Shown one piece after another: positions 39,551 through 52,817 of a DNA stretch of 64,000 bases. Where the stretch lies: NCBI RefSeq assembly GCF_006345805.1, contig NC_043026.1, positions 3,100,001-3,164,000 on the forward strand, given 5' to 3'. Both the position numbers and the translations under genes were made by a program. The first letter of the stretch is position 1, and each line of letters starts with the position of its first letter. The stretch is from Octopus sinensis (Eukaryota). The notes under the pieces are model-generated. The model ran no database searches. It had not been told where the DNA came from and saw only the letters and a program-made list of their open reading frames with translations.

Positions 39551-41051
39551 AGGAGATGTGTCCACTTCTTGCAGCATAAGAGGAGTTTTTTTCAAAGTTG
39601 TGAAGTAAAACCACTTTCTGTATTCAAAGGATTAATTACTGGTTTCTGATAGAACTGAGTGTATCCCACTTTCCAAAATTTGTCCAATTCATCCTTCATT
39701 TTCTTCAGCTGGTAAGTTGTCATTTGGGAGAGGTTAGGCTGCTCTTTCAAGCAGAAGGACTGATCAGCCAGGTACAGATTTGTTTGGTTTGCTTTACTCA
39801 GTTCCTTCCTCCCGTGCGAAACTGGTTTTATATAGCTGTGTTCTAAAACCTCGTTTTTGTCTTCTCAAACTGTGATGATTCAAAGTTGAGACCAGTTTGT
39901 TTCAGGCTAATAGGATCATAATTCAGCAGACTTGTCACCTCCTCTCCCAGGATGAAACATTAGCATCATCCTTATTATTTTTACATCTCTTTTCTGCACT
40001 TATAAGGATTGTACAAGCCTTTTCTAGCCCAGCGCTTTGCCACTTCTGGGCCTTTGTCATCTTCATTTCCTCTGTCTTTCTTCCGCACAGGTTTCTTCTA
40101 TTCAGGTTGCCTAATGATCCTTTGCCCTAACATATTGGATGACATAAAATACTCATTGCCACATTAGATGCATCCCCAATCGATTGTGTTTTTTACTTTG
40201 CTTCAGTCATTTGATAGCGGCCATGCTGGGGCAGTTGGACTAATCAACCCCAGGACTTTTGTTTTAAAGTCTGGTATTTATTCTATTGGTCTCTTAGGAC
40301 AAACTGTTAAGTTACGGGGACATAAACATACCAGCACTGGTTGTCAAACGGTGGAAGCGGAGAACAAACACTCACACACATACACAGGCTTCTTTCAGTT
40401 TCCATGTACCAAATCCACTCAAGGCTTTGGACCACCTGAGGCTAAGGTAGAAGACACTTGCCCAAGGTGCTTCACATTGCACTGAATCTGGAACAAGCTT
40501 CTTACCACACAGCCACACCTGTGCCTATGGTTAAGGAGCTCATTTGTAAGCATGTGGTTTTGGGTTCAGTCCCACTGCCGGGTACCTTGGGCAAGTGTCT
40601 TTTGCTATAGTCCCCAGACTGACGAAAGTCTTGTAAGTGAATTTAGTAGTCCATCGTGTGTGCGTTAGATTTTGTCCCCTTAATTTAGTGGTTCAGCAAA
40701 AGAGACCAATAGAATAAGTACTAGACTTTAAACTGTTAAGCACTGGGGGGAGGGGCAATTTGTTTTCCAGGGCAGTGTCCCAGCACACCTGTTGTCCAAT
40801 GACGGAAACAAGTAAAAGACAAACAGACAGACACAGTATGCGAGTGGGTTGGCAGTATTGGATTGGATGCCTTTCAGTATGTATTATGGCTTTGTGCATT
40901 CTGGATTCATATCTGATCCTCGGCTACTACCCTAGTAAAATAGATTTTTCTGAACAGAGTAAACCACCCCAAAAGATACTGAACTCAAAAGTATCTGTTC
41001 TTACTTGGCAGGGACAATCTAAAACTGGTTTTCAACCATATTTTGATTATT

Positions 41052-41217
41052 AGGCGCAGGAGTGGCTGTGTGGTAAGTAGCTTGTTTACCAACCACATGG
41101 TTCCGGGTTCAGTCCCACTGCATGGCACCTTGGGCAAGAGTCTTCTACTATAGCCTCGAGCCGACCAAAGCCTTGTGAGTGGATTTTGTAGACGGAAACT
41201 GAAAGAAGCCCGTCGTA

Positions 41218-41257
<40 letters not shown>

Positions 41258-41471
41258 CACGTGTATGTTTGTGTGTCTGTGTTTGTCCCCTCCAACATCG
41301 CTTGACAACCGATGCTGGTGTGTTTATGTCCCCGTAATTTAGCGGTTCGGTAAAAGAGACCAATAGAATAACTACTGGGCTTACAAAGAATAAGTCCCGG
41401 GGTTGAGTTGCTCGATTAAAAAAAAGGTGGTGCTCCAGCATGGCCGCAGTCAAGTAAAAGAGTAAAAGAGT
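41052..41471 (+). mobile_element. SINE family A inserted into an old hAT MITE (about 41022-41730)
   Basis: Full SINE; flanks ctggttttcaacc ... ggttgagaatcactg look like hAT TIRs. Confidence 0.8.
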
Positions 41472-42735
41472 ATTATTCTATTCTGGGGGACCCCCAAAAC
41501 CATTCAATGTTTCAAAACTAATTCTACAAATACTTCTTCCAAAATCCCTATTTTGGTTTTCATACGTTAACTCGAGTTGATTGCACTACATAAGACGTTG
41601 GAGAAGAAACTTAGTTGTTTCTTGCCGTAAATACAGACATCCAAATCAACAATTATAAAATGGACCCTTAAAATACTACTGCAGATCCCTGATTTTATTA
41701 TTTTGTTTGGACCCTGGTTGAGAATCACTGATCTAAAGGGACAAACTGTTCAGTGGAATTGGACCCTTTAGCATTCAGATTCGCTTGTCAAATGGAATTC
41801 CTTTTTTCTCACATTGTTTTCAATTAATCCAGCATTATCTTGAAGCTTTAAGATTTTAACGATGTAATAGTTTATTTTTAGAATGATATTGTATGAGATT
41901 ATAGAGTAGGTGTGAGAGACTGTATCTGGCCAGTTTAATTGAAAACATTTTATCAAAATTTCATGTGAGTTTGTTTCAAACACCCGGCTTAATGATTTCA
42001 CATTTTGGCACAATGCCAGCAATTGGGGGTGGGGACTAGTTGATTACATCAATCCCGGTGCTCAACAGAATATAAGGCAAAGTCAAGCTTGGCAGAATAT
42101 AAAGTCTGACAAAATGCTGCCAAGCCATTTGTTTGGCATGCTAGCAATTCTGCCAGTTCACCACCTTTGGCATCGGTTTAATTAATGACAATTATTTTCC
42201 ATATCTTTTGTTATTTTCAAAATTAACTGAAACAAAGACCTTATGTTTTTATGAAAATATGGTGGCAAAGTATTGTTTGGATATAAAGTTTAAGTGAATT
42301 TAACATGCAACATTGCATCACAAAATTCCTTAAAGTATTTCTATAGAATGAAAGTTATATAAAGAAAAACTGAATGGAAATCCCATCTATAATTGTTTGA
42401 AGTCACCAGACAATGCTGACAATCATTTCTGTGTCAACACATTGAGATACCGAAAGTATTCAAATTAACATATCTGAAAATATAACGGAGCACAACAGTT
42501 CCAAGGTCTTCCAAAATTAGTGAAATTCAAAGCGAAATAAGGAAATATTTCCAGTTTGCAAATGCATATAAAAAGAACGTTAAGAAGAAATCTTAATCTA
42601 AGAAAATCTTAATCTTAGAAAAGCTATTTCTTTGTAGTCAACTCTTGGTGACATTTATGTATGTGTGTGTTGCTGTCTCCTGGCCATGATATCCTGTAAT
42701 AGTGATGTGAGGGCCATCATCATGTAAGCAGTGTC

Positions 42736-43147
42736 CTTTACTCTTTTTCTCTTTTTTACTTGTTTCAGTCATTTGACTGCGGCCATGCTGGAGCACCGCC
42801 TTTAGTCGAGCAAATCGACCCCGGGACTTATTCTTTGTAATCCCAGTACTTATTCTATCGGTCTCTTTTGCTGAACCGCTAAGTGACAGGGACGGAAACA
42901 CACCAGCATCGGTTGTCAAGCAATGCTAGGGGGACGAACAGACACAAACACACACACTCACACACACACATATATATATATACGACAGGCTTCTTTCAGT
43001 TTCCGTCTACCAAATCCACTCGCAAGGCATTGGTCGGCCCGGGGCTATAGCAGAAGACACTTGCCCAAGATGCCACGCAGTGGGACTGAACCCGGAACCA
43101 TGTGGTTGGTTAGCAAGCTACTTACCACACAGCTACTCCTGCGCCTA
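42736..43147 (-). mobile_element. SINE family A, full length
   Basis: Homology to 20818-21233. Confidence 0.9.
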
Positions 43148-44742
43148 TTTGTTTCCTTTGTTTCCATTCTCCCATAAACGTGTCTGGACGTGGGGAAATA
43201 TCACCTCTCCCTTGGAAACTGGTGAAGATTGGGGATTGGCGACAGGAGGGGTGGGCATCTGGCTGTAAAAAGCCAGCCTCAACTAAATTCTGTTCAACCC
43301 ATTGAAGCATGGAAAGAAATTGGGTCTTAAAATAACGATGACGAAGACATCCGGACTACCTGATCTCTCCCACCAACCTACCATCAAGATAAATGGATCA
43401 GCAACTTCTTGTAATGGCCTACTTTTCAACATTTTACATTTGTTCATGACTCAGAAGTGCTTCATATCTTTTCATAACAAAATATCCACATGCCTCACCC
43501 CCCTCCCTGGCAATACTTATCTTTAGCTTTTTATCTTTTATGGCCCCTGCTTTGAAGACTTTTTAGTTGACTGAATCGACCCCCCCCACCCGGTGCTTTT
43601 CTTTTTTTGTTTTTGCTCAGCCTGGTACTTATTCTTTTGCTGAACCGCTAAGTGACGGGGACGTAAACACACCAACATAGGTTGTCAAACGGTGGTGGAA
43701 AGACAGACAGACAGGTACACTCACACACACACACATGATGGGCTTCTTTCAGTTTTTGTCTACCAAACCCACTCTCAAGGCTTTGGTCTGCTTGAAGCTA
43801 TAGAAGACACTTGGCCAAGGTGCTATGCAGTGAGACTGAACCCAAAACCAGGTGGTTGGGAAGCAAGCTTCTTACTACACAGCCACACCTGTGCCTATAT
43901 AAGCAAGAATCAAACAGACCATGACATAAAAGACAGTCTAAAAGTCATCAACAACTCATTGACCCATAAATGCATTAAATTTTTGGATTTGCTTCTCTTT
44001 ACATTTGCTTTTCTATGCCTGCCTGGGTTAGATGAATACATAATTATTGAGGTATTGTTGTCCAGTCAAATGACTGTCTTGTGATTAATCCTTACCTGTA
44101 TTTCAAGAAATGGATTTTGGACAGTTTTTTCTTCTTTTTTTTTTTTTTTGCAGGGAATTGTCACCTAACTTCACAATTCAATACATTTGCATGTTAAACA
44201 TAGGTAAAGTTACCTTCTTGAGTCCTACGGACTCATAATAGCTGGTTTCATGGTGTATATATCCCCCACCTGGACAGGACACCGGTCTCTCACAGGATTA
44301 CTCAGTTTTGCCAGCTGAGTGGACTGGAGCAACATGAAGTGAAGTGTCTTGCTCAAGGACACAATGTATCCTCCAGTCCAGGAAGCCACACACCTCCACC
44401 ACGTGAAGCATGGAATATAAACATTTGTCCAGTCACACACAGTGTTTGCTACTTTATAATCCTTTCTCTTATGAAATCCAAGGTGTGGCTGTGTGGTAAG
44501 AAGCTTGCTTCCCAATTACCTGGTTCTGGGTTCAATCTCACTACATGGCAACTTGGCCGAGTGTCTTCTTCTATAGCTTCAAGCAGACCAAAGCCTTGAG
44601 AGTGGGTTTGGTAGACAAAAACTGAAAGAAGCACATCATATATGTGTGTGTGTCTTTGACAACCGATGTTGGTGTGTTTACATCCCTGTAACTTAGCAGT
44701 TTGGCAAAAGAGACCAAAAGAACAAGTACCACGAAGATTATA

Positions 44743-44935
44743 ATGGCAGGTATTGCCCAGACAAATCCAGATCAAGCTGTTCATTGCAACCGTCGAATCA
44801 GTGCTATTATATGGCAGTGAAACCTGGACATGGACATTGTGAAATGGGCTGAGTGGACGCTACACAAGGATGCTATGAATGGCAGCAATGGAGACCAGCT
44901 GAAAGTTAGCAAGAAGATCAGGCAAAGATGGCTAT
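44743..44935 (+). pseudogene. RTE-clade LINE ORF2 fragment (third RTE family)
   Basis: Manual translation IKLFIATVESVLLYGSETWT...YTRML*MA...KVSKKIRQRWL. Confidence 0.7.
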
Positions 44936-45890
44936 GTGCCCCACCCTCAGCTGGATCTCGATCCATCATTATTTGCTACCCAGCAAATATTATTAATAAT
45001 AATAATGATGATAATAATTATAATAATAATAATGATAATAATAATAATAATAATAATGATAATAATAATAATGATAATAATAATAATAATAATAATAATA
45101 GTGTTATTTTAGAAATGAGGTGAGTAAAAATAAAAAAAAGGTAAAACTACCTTCTCCAGTCGTAAGGGCTAGTTTTCCGGTTTATATTCCCCACCTGGAT
45201 GGGATGCCAGTCCCTCACAGGATTATTCAGTTTTACCAGCTAAGTGGACTGGAGCAACGTGAAATGAAGTGTCTTGCTCAAGAACACAACACATTGCTTG
45301 GTTCAGGAATGGAAACCACAATCTTACAATCATGAGTCCATCACCCTAACCTCCAAGCCGTGTGCCTCCTTAATGAGGCAAGTGCTGGGATATGATTGCT
45401 CTCTACCTCCACCTGATCATAGCTACCCTCTCTTAAATGTGAGTAATCGTGTAGTTCCTGTACAACAAAATACCCGTCCTGCTTTGAACTCTTTTCTCCT
45501 GGCTTAAATTTGCCCCTTTTCTGTTTATAGTCTTTGCAAGCTGTAATACCAATCTCACTAGTGCTGGTGATATGAGACAAGTTCCCACTACATGTTGTAG
45601 AGTGGTTGGCATTAGGAAGGGCATCCAGCTGTAGAAACCATACCAGATCAGACTGGAGTCTGGTGCAACCCCCCCCCCCCAGCTTGCCAGCTCTGGTCAC
45701 ACCATCCAACCCATGTCAGCATGGACAACAGACTTTAGTCAAGCAAATCGACCCTGGGACTTATTCTTTGTAAGCCCAGTACTTATTCTATCGGTTTCTT
45801 TTGCTGAACCGCTAAGTGACGGGGACGTAACACACACCACCATCGGTTGTCAAGCAATGCTAGGGGGACAAACACAGACACACAAACACT

Positions 45891-45926
<36 letters not shown>

Positions 45927-46430
45927 CATATATACGACAGGCTTCTGAGTACAAATGTCTTGTTTTCATAAGTTTTGAATGATGATGATGACGATGACAG
46001 AATAATGGTTCTCAACCTTTTCACTGTCAAGGATTTCTTTTATTTCACCCCTTAGCATTCAGATTATTTCATCAAAAGCAATGCCTATTTATTCCTATTG
46101 TTTTGAATTAATCGTGCATTATCTTGTAGCTTTGAGATTTCAATAATACTTATTTTAGAATGACATGGTGGGGTAGGTGTGAGAGACCAGATCTGGCCAT
46201 TTTTAATATGAAACAGGTAAAATATTTGGCCTGGATATAGCCAGTTTAGATGCTTAACCCTTTTGCTATCAGCCTGTCTGAAACCACCTCTGGCTCTGTA
46301 GTACAAATGTCTTGTTTTCAAAAGTTCTGAATTAAAATCTTCCACAATTTATGTTCCTAACACTAGTTTAATGATAACTAAGTTGTTTTACTAAATTATT
46401 TGTTATATTTAAAATTAATTGAAAGAAATA

Positions 46431-46590
46431 CGCAGGAGTGGCTGTGTGGTAAGTAGCTTGTTTACCAACCACATGGTTCCGGGTTCAGTCCCACTGCGTG
46501 GCACCATGGGCAAGTGTCTTCTACTATAGCCTCGGGCAGACCAAAGCCTTGTGAGTGGATTTGGTAGATGGAAACTGAAAGAAGCCCGTC

Positions 46591-46630
<40 letters not shown>

Positions 46631-46845
46631 GCGTGTGTGTGTTTGTGTGTCTGTGTTTGTCCCCCTAGCATTGCTTGACAACCAATGCTGGTGTGTTTAT
46701 GTCCCTGTTACTTAGCGGTTTGGCAAAAGAGACCGATAGAATAAGTACTGGGCTTACAAAAGAACAAGTCCCGGGGTCGAGTTGCTCAATTAAAGGTGGT
46801 GCTCCAGCATGGCTGCAGTCAAATGACTGAAACAAGTAAAAGAGT
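46431..46845 (+). mobile_element. SINE family A nested in a piggyBac-like MITE type 2 (46254-46883)
   Basis: MITE sequence ...gaaagaaata resumes as agagtatctcaacagaaatatggtagc after the SINE. Confidence 0.85.
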
Positions 46846-47644
46846 ATCTCAACAGAAATATGGTAGCAAAAATGTTTAAGGGTCAAATGAATTTTCGTAC
46901 AGATCCCAGACTTTTGAAAGGTCTATCTGCTCAGAATCCAATTTTTTTTTTTCCACTTCCAACTCTCAGTTGAAAGATATCTTCATCATCACTTCCAATG
47001 TCCACGTTCTCACGCTTATTGAATTTATCAAGGCAGAGATATTTTACAGCTGGATGCTCATTCAGTTGCCAACCCTCACCTATTTTCAAGCAAGATAATA
47101 CTTCCCCATGACCACTCATATTTTTGCAGACCAAGGAAGGTTGAAATCACATGATCTGGTGGTCTCGGCATTGGAGGTGACAGGGATTTATCTCCCTACT
47201 AGCGATATAAACAAGAGTGCATTTTGTACCAAAAGCCAATATGGGAGAGGTTCTCTCATGGCATCTACCACAGTATAGTTTGTTCTAACAGAACATCCGG
47301 TGTTTAAGTGGGGATGAATATTATCTCTCAGTATTAATACCTGCCTCTGTCACTTATATCTATGTATTTGCTATGTTTTGAGTTCACAAGTTGGTGCTGG
47401 TCAATATTACTTTTATCTTGCTGGAAGGGCAGAGATCTCACTAAAATAGTTACCAGTGTTCTACATTAATGGATTCACTCAACCGTGCACTCTTGCCATA
47501 TCAGTCGCTGACTTGTGCCAAAATTTGATTTGACTTTTGCTGACATCAGCAAATTCTGTCTGATCTTACATTGGGAAACACATAGTTTCTTGTTGGTTAA
47601 ACATACATTGACCATGATCCAGCAGATCCGATCAAAGTCATTAT

Positions 47645-48051
47645 ACATTATTTACATTTGACGGATATTTGTCATCTTGTTTGTTGTTAACACAACATTC
47701 CGGCCGATGTACCCTCCAGCCTTCATCAGGTGTCTTAGGGAAATTTCGAACCTGGGTTCTCATTCCTAAGGTATTTTTTGATGTTATTATTATTATTAAG
47801 GTCACTGCCTGGCATTGAACTCAGAATCTTGGGGGTTAGAAGCCCACGTTCTTAACTACTACGCCATAGGCCCGGGGACAATTATGGAATGAATTTTAGG
47901 GCTTATAAACCTAATATTTCCTATCTTTCCTTAATACATGTTCCCATATGCTGCTCATATCTGCACATTGGGTCTGCTTCGGAGGTTGTTGTGTCCTAGC
48001 ATATGCGCTGCTTCTTTTAGTTTTCCTTTTTTTCCAGTGGTGTTCTCTGTC
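47645..48051 (-). mobile_element. Penelope-like element 3' end: GIY-YIG C-terminus, tRNA-like cassette, hammerhead-bearing pLTR
   Basis: 47911-48051 translates (frameshifted) DREHHWKKRKLKEAAHMLGHNNLRSRP..DMSSIWEHVLRKDRKY*; gacac-CTGATGA-aggctgg at about 47716-47734; gtcatt on both flanks. Confidence 0.8.
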
Positions 48052-48375
48052 ATTCCAGCCATGACCATCCCATCTTTTTGGCATAGGATTATATGTTACA
48101 ATGTTAGCTTCTACCTTAGAGTATTTTCTAGCATATATGTCGATGTATTATGTTTAATCATTTAGTTGTTTCAGTCGTCTGACTGCGACCATGCTGGGGC
48201 ACCATCTTGAAGAATTTTTGTTTAGTCTAATCAATTGACCCCACAACTTCTTTTTCTTTTTTTTTTGAGAAAGCCTGATGCTTATTCTATCAGTCTCTTT
48301 TGCCAAACTGTTTAAGTTTTGGGGGCATAAACACACCAACACCGGTTGTCAAGCAGTGGTAGGGGACAACAAAAA

Positions 48376-48611
48376 GGCGGCGAGGAGCTGGCAGAATCGT
48401 TAGCACACCTGGCGAAATGCTTGGCGGTATTTCGTCTGCCGTTACGTTCTGAGTTCAAATTCCACCGAGGTCGACTTTGCCTTTCATCCTTTCGGGGTCG
48501 ATTAAATAAGTACCAGTTATGCACTGGGGTCGATGTAATCGACTTAATCTGTTTGTCTGTCCTTGTTTGTCCCCTCTGTGTTTAGCCCCTTGTGGGTAGT
48601 AAAGAAATAGG
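48376..48611 (+). mobile_element. SINE family B nested in a minus-strand SINE A, with TSD
   Basis: ggtaggggacaaca duplicated on both sides. Confidence 0.88.
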
Positions 48612-48809
48612 TAGGGGACAACACACACACATACACAACACAGGCTTCTTTCAGTTTCCATCTGCCACATCCACTGACAAAGCTTTGGTCAGCCTGAGGT
48701 TGTAGTAGAAGACACCTGCCAAAGGTGCTGCACCATGGGACTGAACCCAGAACCATGTGGTTGGGAAGCAAACTTCTTATACACTCACACCCTTTTAGTG
48801 TAGCATTGA

Positions 48810-50233
48810 CAGTCAAATACAGTCACTACATTTCCAAATCCGGCTGCATTTCACATGGAATTTTTGCTCCTTCAAAGTCTTGGTTTTTTAGCTGACTTAC
48901 CTTTTTATGGATGTAAATTTTGTTGTGAAAACTTCAACTTGTTTCCTGGTAAAAAAAAACAGCATTCTATTCGAGAAACTAATCAAGACAGGCATACAAA
49001 ACACTGTAAGTGAAATACAGTTTTTTTTTTTTTCCCAGTATTCGAGTGAAAATGATAGTGTAAACATTGAAGCAGTGTCACTATCTTTCCATATCCCCCC
49101 TGCATTTCATATCAGAATTTTGGTCCTCCAAAGTTGTCGTGATGTAGAAGTCAAAATGCTGGGTTTTGGCTGTAAATTTTGTTCTGAAAAATTCAGCATG
49201 TTTGCTGGAAAAACCAGTGTTCTACTTGAGATACTAATGAGGACAGACATTCAAAGCATAGATGAAACACTCATCATCATCATCATCATTGTTTAACGTC
49301 CGCTTTCCATGCTGGCATGGGTTGGACGAATGACTGAGGGCTGGCGAACCAGATGGCTGCACCAGGCTCCAGTCTTGATCTGGCAGAGTTTCTACAGCTG
49401 GATGCCCTTCCTAATGCCAACCACTCTGAGAGTGCAGTGGGTGCTTTTTACGTGCCAGTCAGGCAGTAGTGGCAACAACCTCGCTCGAATCTTTTACACA
49501 TGCCACCGGCACAGGTGCCAGTAAGGCGATGCTGGTAACAATCATGCTCGAATAGTGCCCTTTTATGTGCCACCGGCATGGAGGCCAGATGGCCGCTCTG
49601 GCAACGATCACGCTCGGATGGTGCTCTTAATACCCTACTAGCACGGTGCTCGAGTGCCAGTAAGGTGACACTGGCAACGATCACGCTCAAATGGTGCCTT
49701 TTAAGTGCCACTGGCACAGAAGCCAGTTAGCCGCTCTGTCAATGATCACACTCGTATGGTGCTCTTTGCACCCCGCTAGCACGGGCACCAGTCATCAGAT
49801 TTGATTTTGATTTTTGATTTGATTTCACTTGCCTCCAATACACAAGTCAAAATAGTGTAAGTCGTAAACATATAATGTAATCATTCAAATATCGTCACTA
49901 TCTTTCCAAATCTTGTGGCATTTCACAGGAGATTTTTGCTCCTTTTAAGTATTCATTTTTTTGACTAAATTTTGTTCTGAAAAATTTGACTTGTTTGCTT
50001 GAAAAAATAGGGTATTCTACTTGAGAAGCTAATCAAGACAGACATACAAAATATTGATGAAATACTGTATTTTGTAGGATACAAGTTGATGGAGTATATC
50101 GGGTCATCCTTTGATGCAATCATGGTCACTATTTTTGGTCCTCTAAAGTCATCTTGGTATATAAGCCAGCGTCCCTTTCTTGGCTGTAAATTTTGGACTG
50201 AAAATTTCGACTTGTATGCTGGAAACTACAGTA
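48810..50233. repeat. Old tandem array of four mariner/pogo-type MITE units with homologous spacers
   Basis: Last unit 50063-50233 has TIRs tactgtattttgtaggatacaagttga / tcgacttgtatgctggaaactacagta; spacer ttctacttgagaa-ctaatcaagacagacatacaaa recurs at 48965, 49220 and 50015. Confidence 0.7.
49272..49835 (-). mobile_element. RTE family D 3' UTR with internal subrepeats
   Basis: Reverse-complement homology to 14530-15010. Confidence 0.85.
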
Positions 50234-50607
50234 TTATAAACATGGCGGTTTGAATGTAAGACTTAGCTGCTATTTCTAGCAGGTCAACTACAGTTTTCAT
50301 CCTTTATTGACTTATTACTATCGTTATCATCATCATTATCGTTTTTATGTGTGTTTGATTATGTTTATCTGCTCTGGGTGCATCTCTTTCTAGCACAGTG
50401 ACTTACTCTTTACGGTCTTCGTGATTCTCATCCAGAAAGCCAAGCATTTATCACTTCTAACCAATCCTTCTTCATTAAAAAAAACAAAGAAAAGCAGTCC
50501 CTCTGTCGGTTACGACTGAGAAGGGTTCCAGTTGATCCAATCAGCAGAATGGACAGCTTGTGAAATTAGCATGCAAGTGGCTGAGAACTCCACAGACACG
50601 TGTATCC

Positions 50608-51087
50608 TTAGCCCTTTCACTACCAACCCGGCTGAAACCACCTCTGGTTCTGTAGTACAAATGTCTTGTTTTCATAAGTTTTGAATCAAAATCTTCCACC
50701 AAACCTTAGTCACAATTTATGTTCCTAACATAAGCTTAATGATAACTAAGTTATTTTACTAAATTCTTTGTTATATTTAAAGTAATTGAAAGAAACACAG
50801 AGCATCTCAACAGAAATATGGTAACAAAAGGGTTAAAATATATAATAGAGAAACAATTCTTTACCCTTTTGATACCAATCCGGCTGAAACCACCTCTGGT
50901 TCTGTAGTACAAATATCTTGTTTTCATAAGTTTTGAATTAAAATCTTCCACCAAACCTTAGTCACAATTTATGTTCCTAACACCAGCTTAATAAATACTA
51001 AGATATTTTACTAAATTCTTTGTTATATTTAAAGTAATTGAAAGAAACAGAGAGCATCTCAAAATAAATATAGTAATGAAAGGGTTC
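50608..51087. mobile_element. Two adjacent piggyBac-like MITEs (type 2) inserted in a SINE C1
   Basis: Units 50608-50836 and 50861-51087 with ccctt/aaggg ends; the SINE breaks at its cttaa site and resumes at gttctcagg. Confidence 0.8.
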
Positions 51088-51557
51088 TCAGGAAGATGCA
51101 GTGTTACACAGAATATGACAAGGCAGGCCCTTTGTATTGCCAGGTGAATGGACTGAAGCAACATGAAATAAAGTGTCTTGCTCAAGGACATAACACATAG
51201 CCAGGAATTGAACTCACGACCTTATAGTTGTTAGCCGAATATCCTAATCACTGACGTTCACCCTTCCTCATTATATATGATATAAAGCAAAGATAATATC
51301 CTCCCCAACTCCAAGTATGTAAATTAATTTTGATAATTAATTTTCAATTTCTTGAAATGATAAAGACAGTGAGCTGACGAGATCGTTAGCTGATTGCAGA
51401 AAATGATTAGTGGCAATTCTTTCCAGTTTTATGTTTTGAGTTCAAACTCTATTGAGGTCAGTGCCTTTCATCTTTTTAGGATCGATAAAATAAGTACAGA
51501 GGGATATAAATTTGACTCGTTCACTCCTTTGAAATCTCAGCCCTTGTGCTTATTGTG

Positions 51558-51811
51558 CAATGGCCCTCAATCAGGCTCTTATGGTCCGTGAGGGTCTCTA
51601 TAAAATTTTGTCGTTAAAATTTATCTGAAATAAATCGGTTTTACTTCTGAAATGCACAAAATATTTTTAACAATTTTTTTTCTTACAATTTCTAATAATA
51701 TTTAATTATAAGAATATAATAGGAATTTTTTTACACCCTGAATGGCCAGGAGGGTCCAAGTAAAGTTGGAATCAAAGGGGTCCATAGGGGAAAAATAGTT
51801 GAGAAACCCTG
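51558..51811. mobile_element. Decayed hAT MITE
   Basis: Right end gttgagaaaccctg; degenerate left end caatggccctcaatcagg. Confidence 0.55.
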
Positions 51812-52817
51812 CTATAATAGAAGAAAATCTTTTGAAATAATATGTGTAGGAGTGGCTGTGTGGTAAGTAGCTTGCTTACAAACTACATGGTTCTGGGTTC
51901 AGTCCCACTGTGTGGAACCTTGGGCAAGTGTCTTCTACTATAGCCTCAGGCCAACCAAAGCCTTGTGAGTGGATTTGGTAGATGGAAACTGAAAGAAGCC
52001 CGTCGTATATATGTGTATGTATGTATATATATATGTATATGTATATATGTGTGTATATGTATATATGTGTGTGTGTATATGTTTGTGCATCTGTGTTTGT
52101 CCCCCCCAACATCGCTTGACAACCGATGCTGGTGTGTTCATATATCATTCAACTACTGTACTCACACGCAGCATCTTCAGAGCTTTGTCGCTGATTCAGT
52201 TCTTAACCAAATTGAAAACTGTTAACATTTTGGAAGAGGACTGGTCCCTAGCTACATTTTGGCATAAAAAAAATTGAGATTTGGTCCAGTAGAAAAAAGT
52301 TTACATCAAGATGTGTAGCAACATTATAGGAGAGTAAGTAACACCTCCAACCAAGTTTCGATCTAAATAACTTTTTCTTATTATCTTTGCTTCAGCGATA
52401 GAAGAAAGCATGAGGAATTCCATGATTTTGGTCTCGTTCAACAAAACTTTGTATCAAAAAAGTTATCGTGAAAAAAAATATAAGTAAGGCAGAAAACTGG
52501 ATTTAAATATAATTAACGTTTTTATTTTAAAAACGAACTATATTTTAATTAAGCTTAAACGATAGGACTCATTTGGAGGGATTTCATGTTATCAATCTCA
52601 TGTAATGAAATTTTAAAAGAAATAAGTTCTGAGTGTTTGTTTCTCAAATTTGAGGGTGAGGATATAGTTTTATACTTTCTTATAAATATAGTTCTATCAG
52701 AGGACTTTTAATATACGTCACCGGCATCATTGAGGTAATTTACAATAAGGTAAAATCTTAAATTATTAATTGACTCATTATTAATTAGCATAATCGCATA
52801 GCCTGGGAAAAACATGG

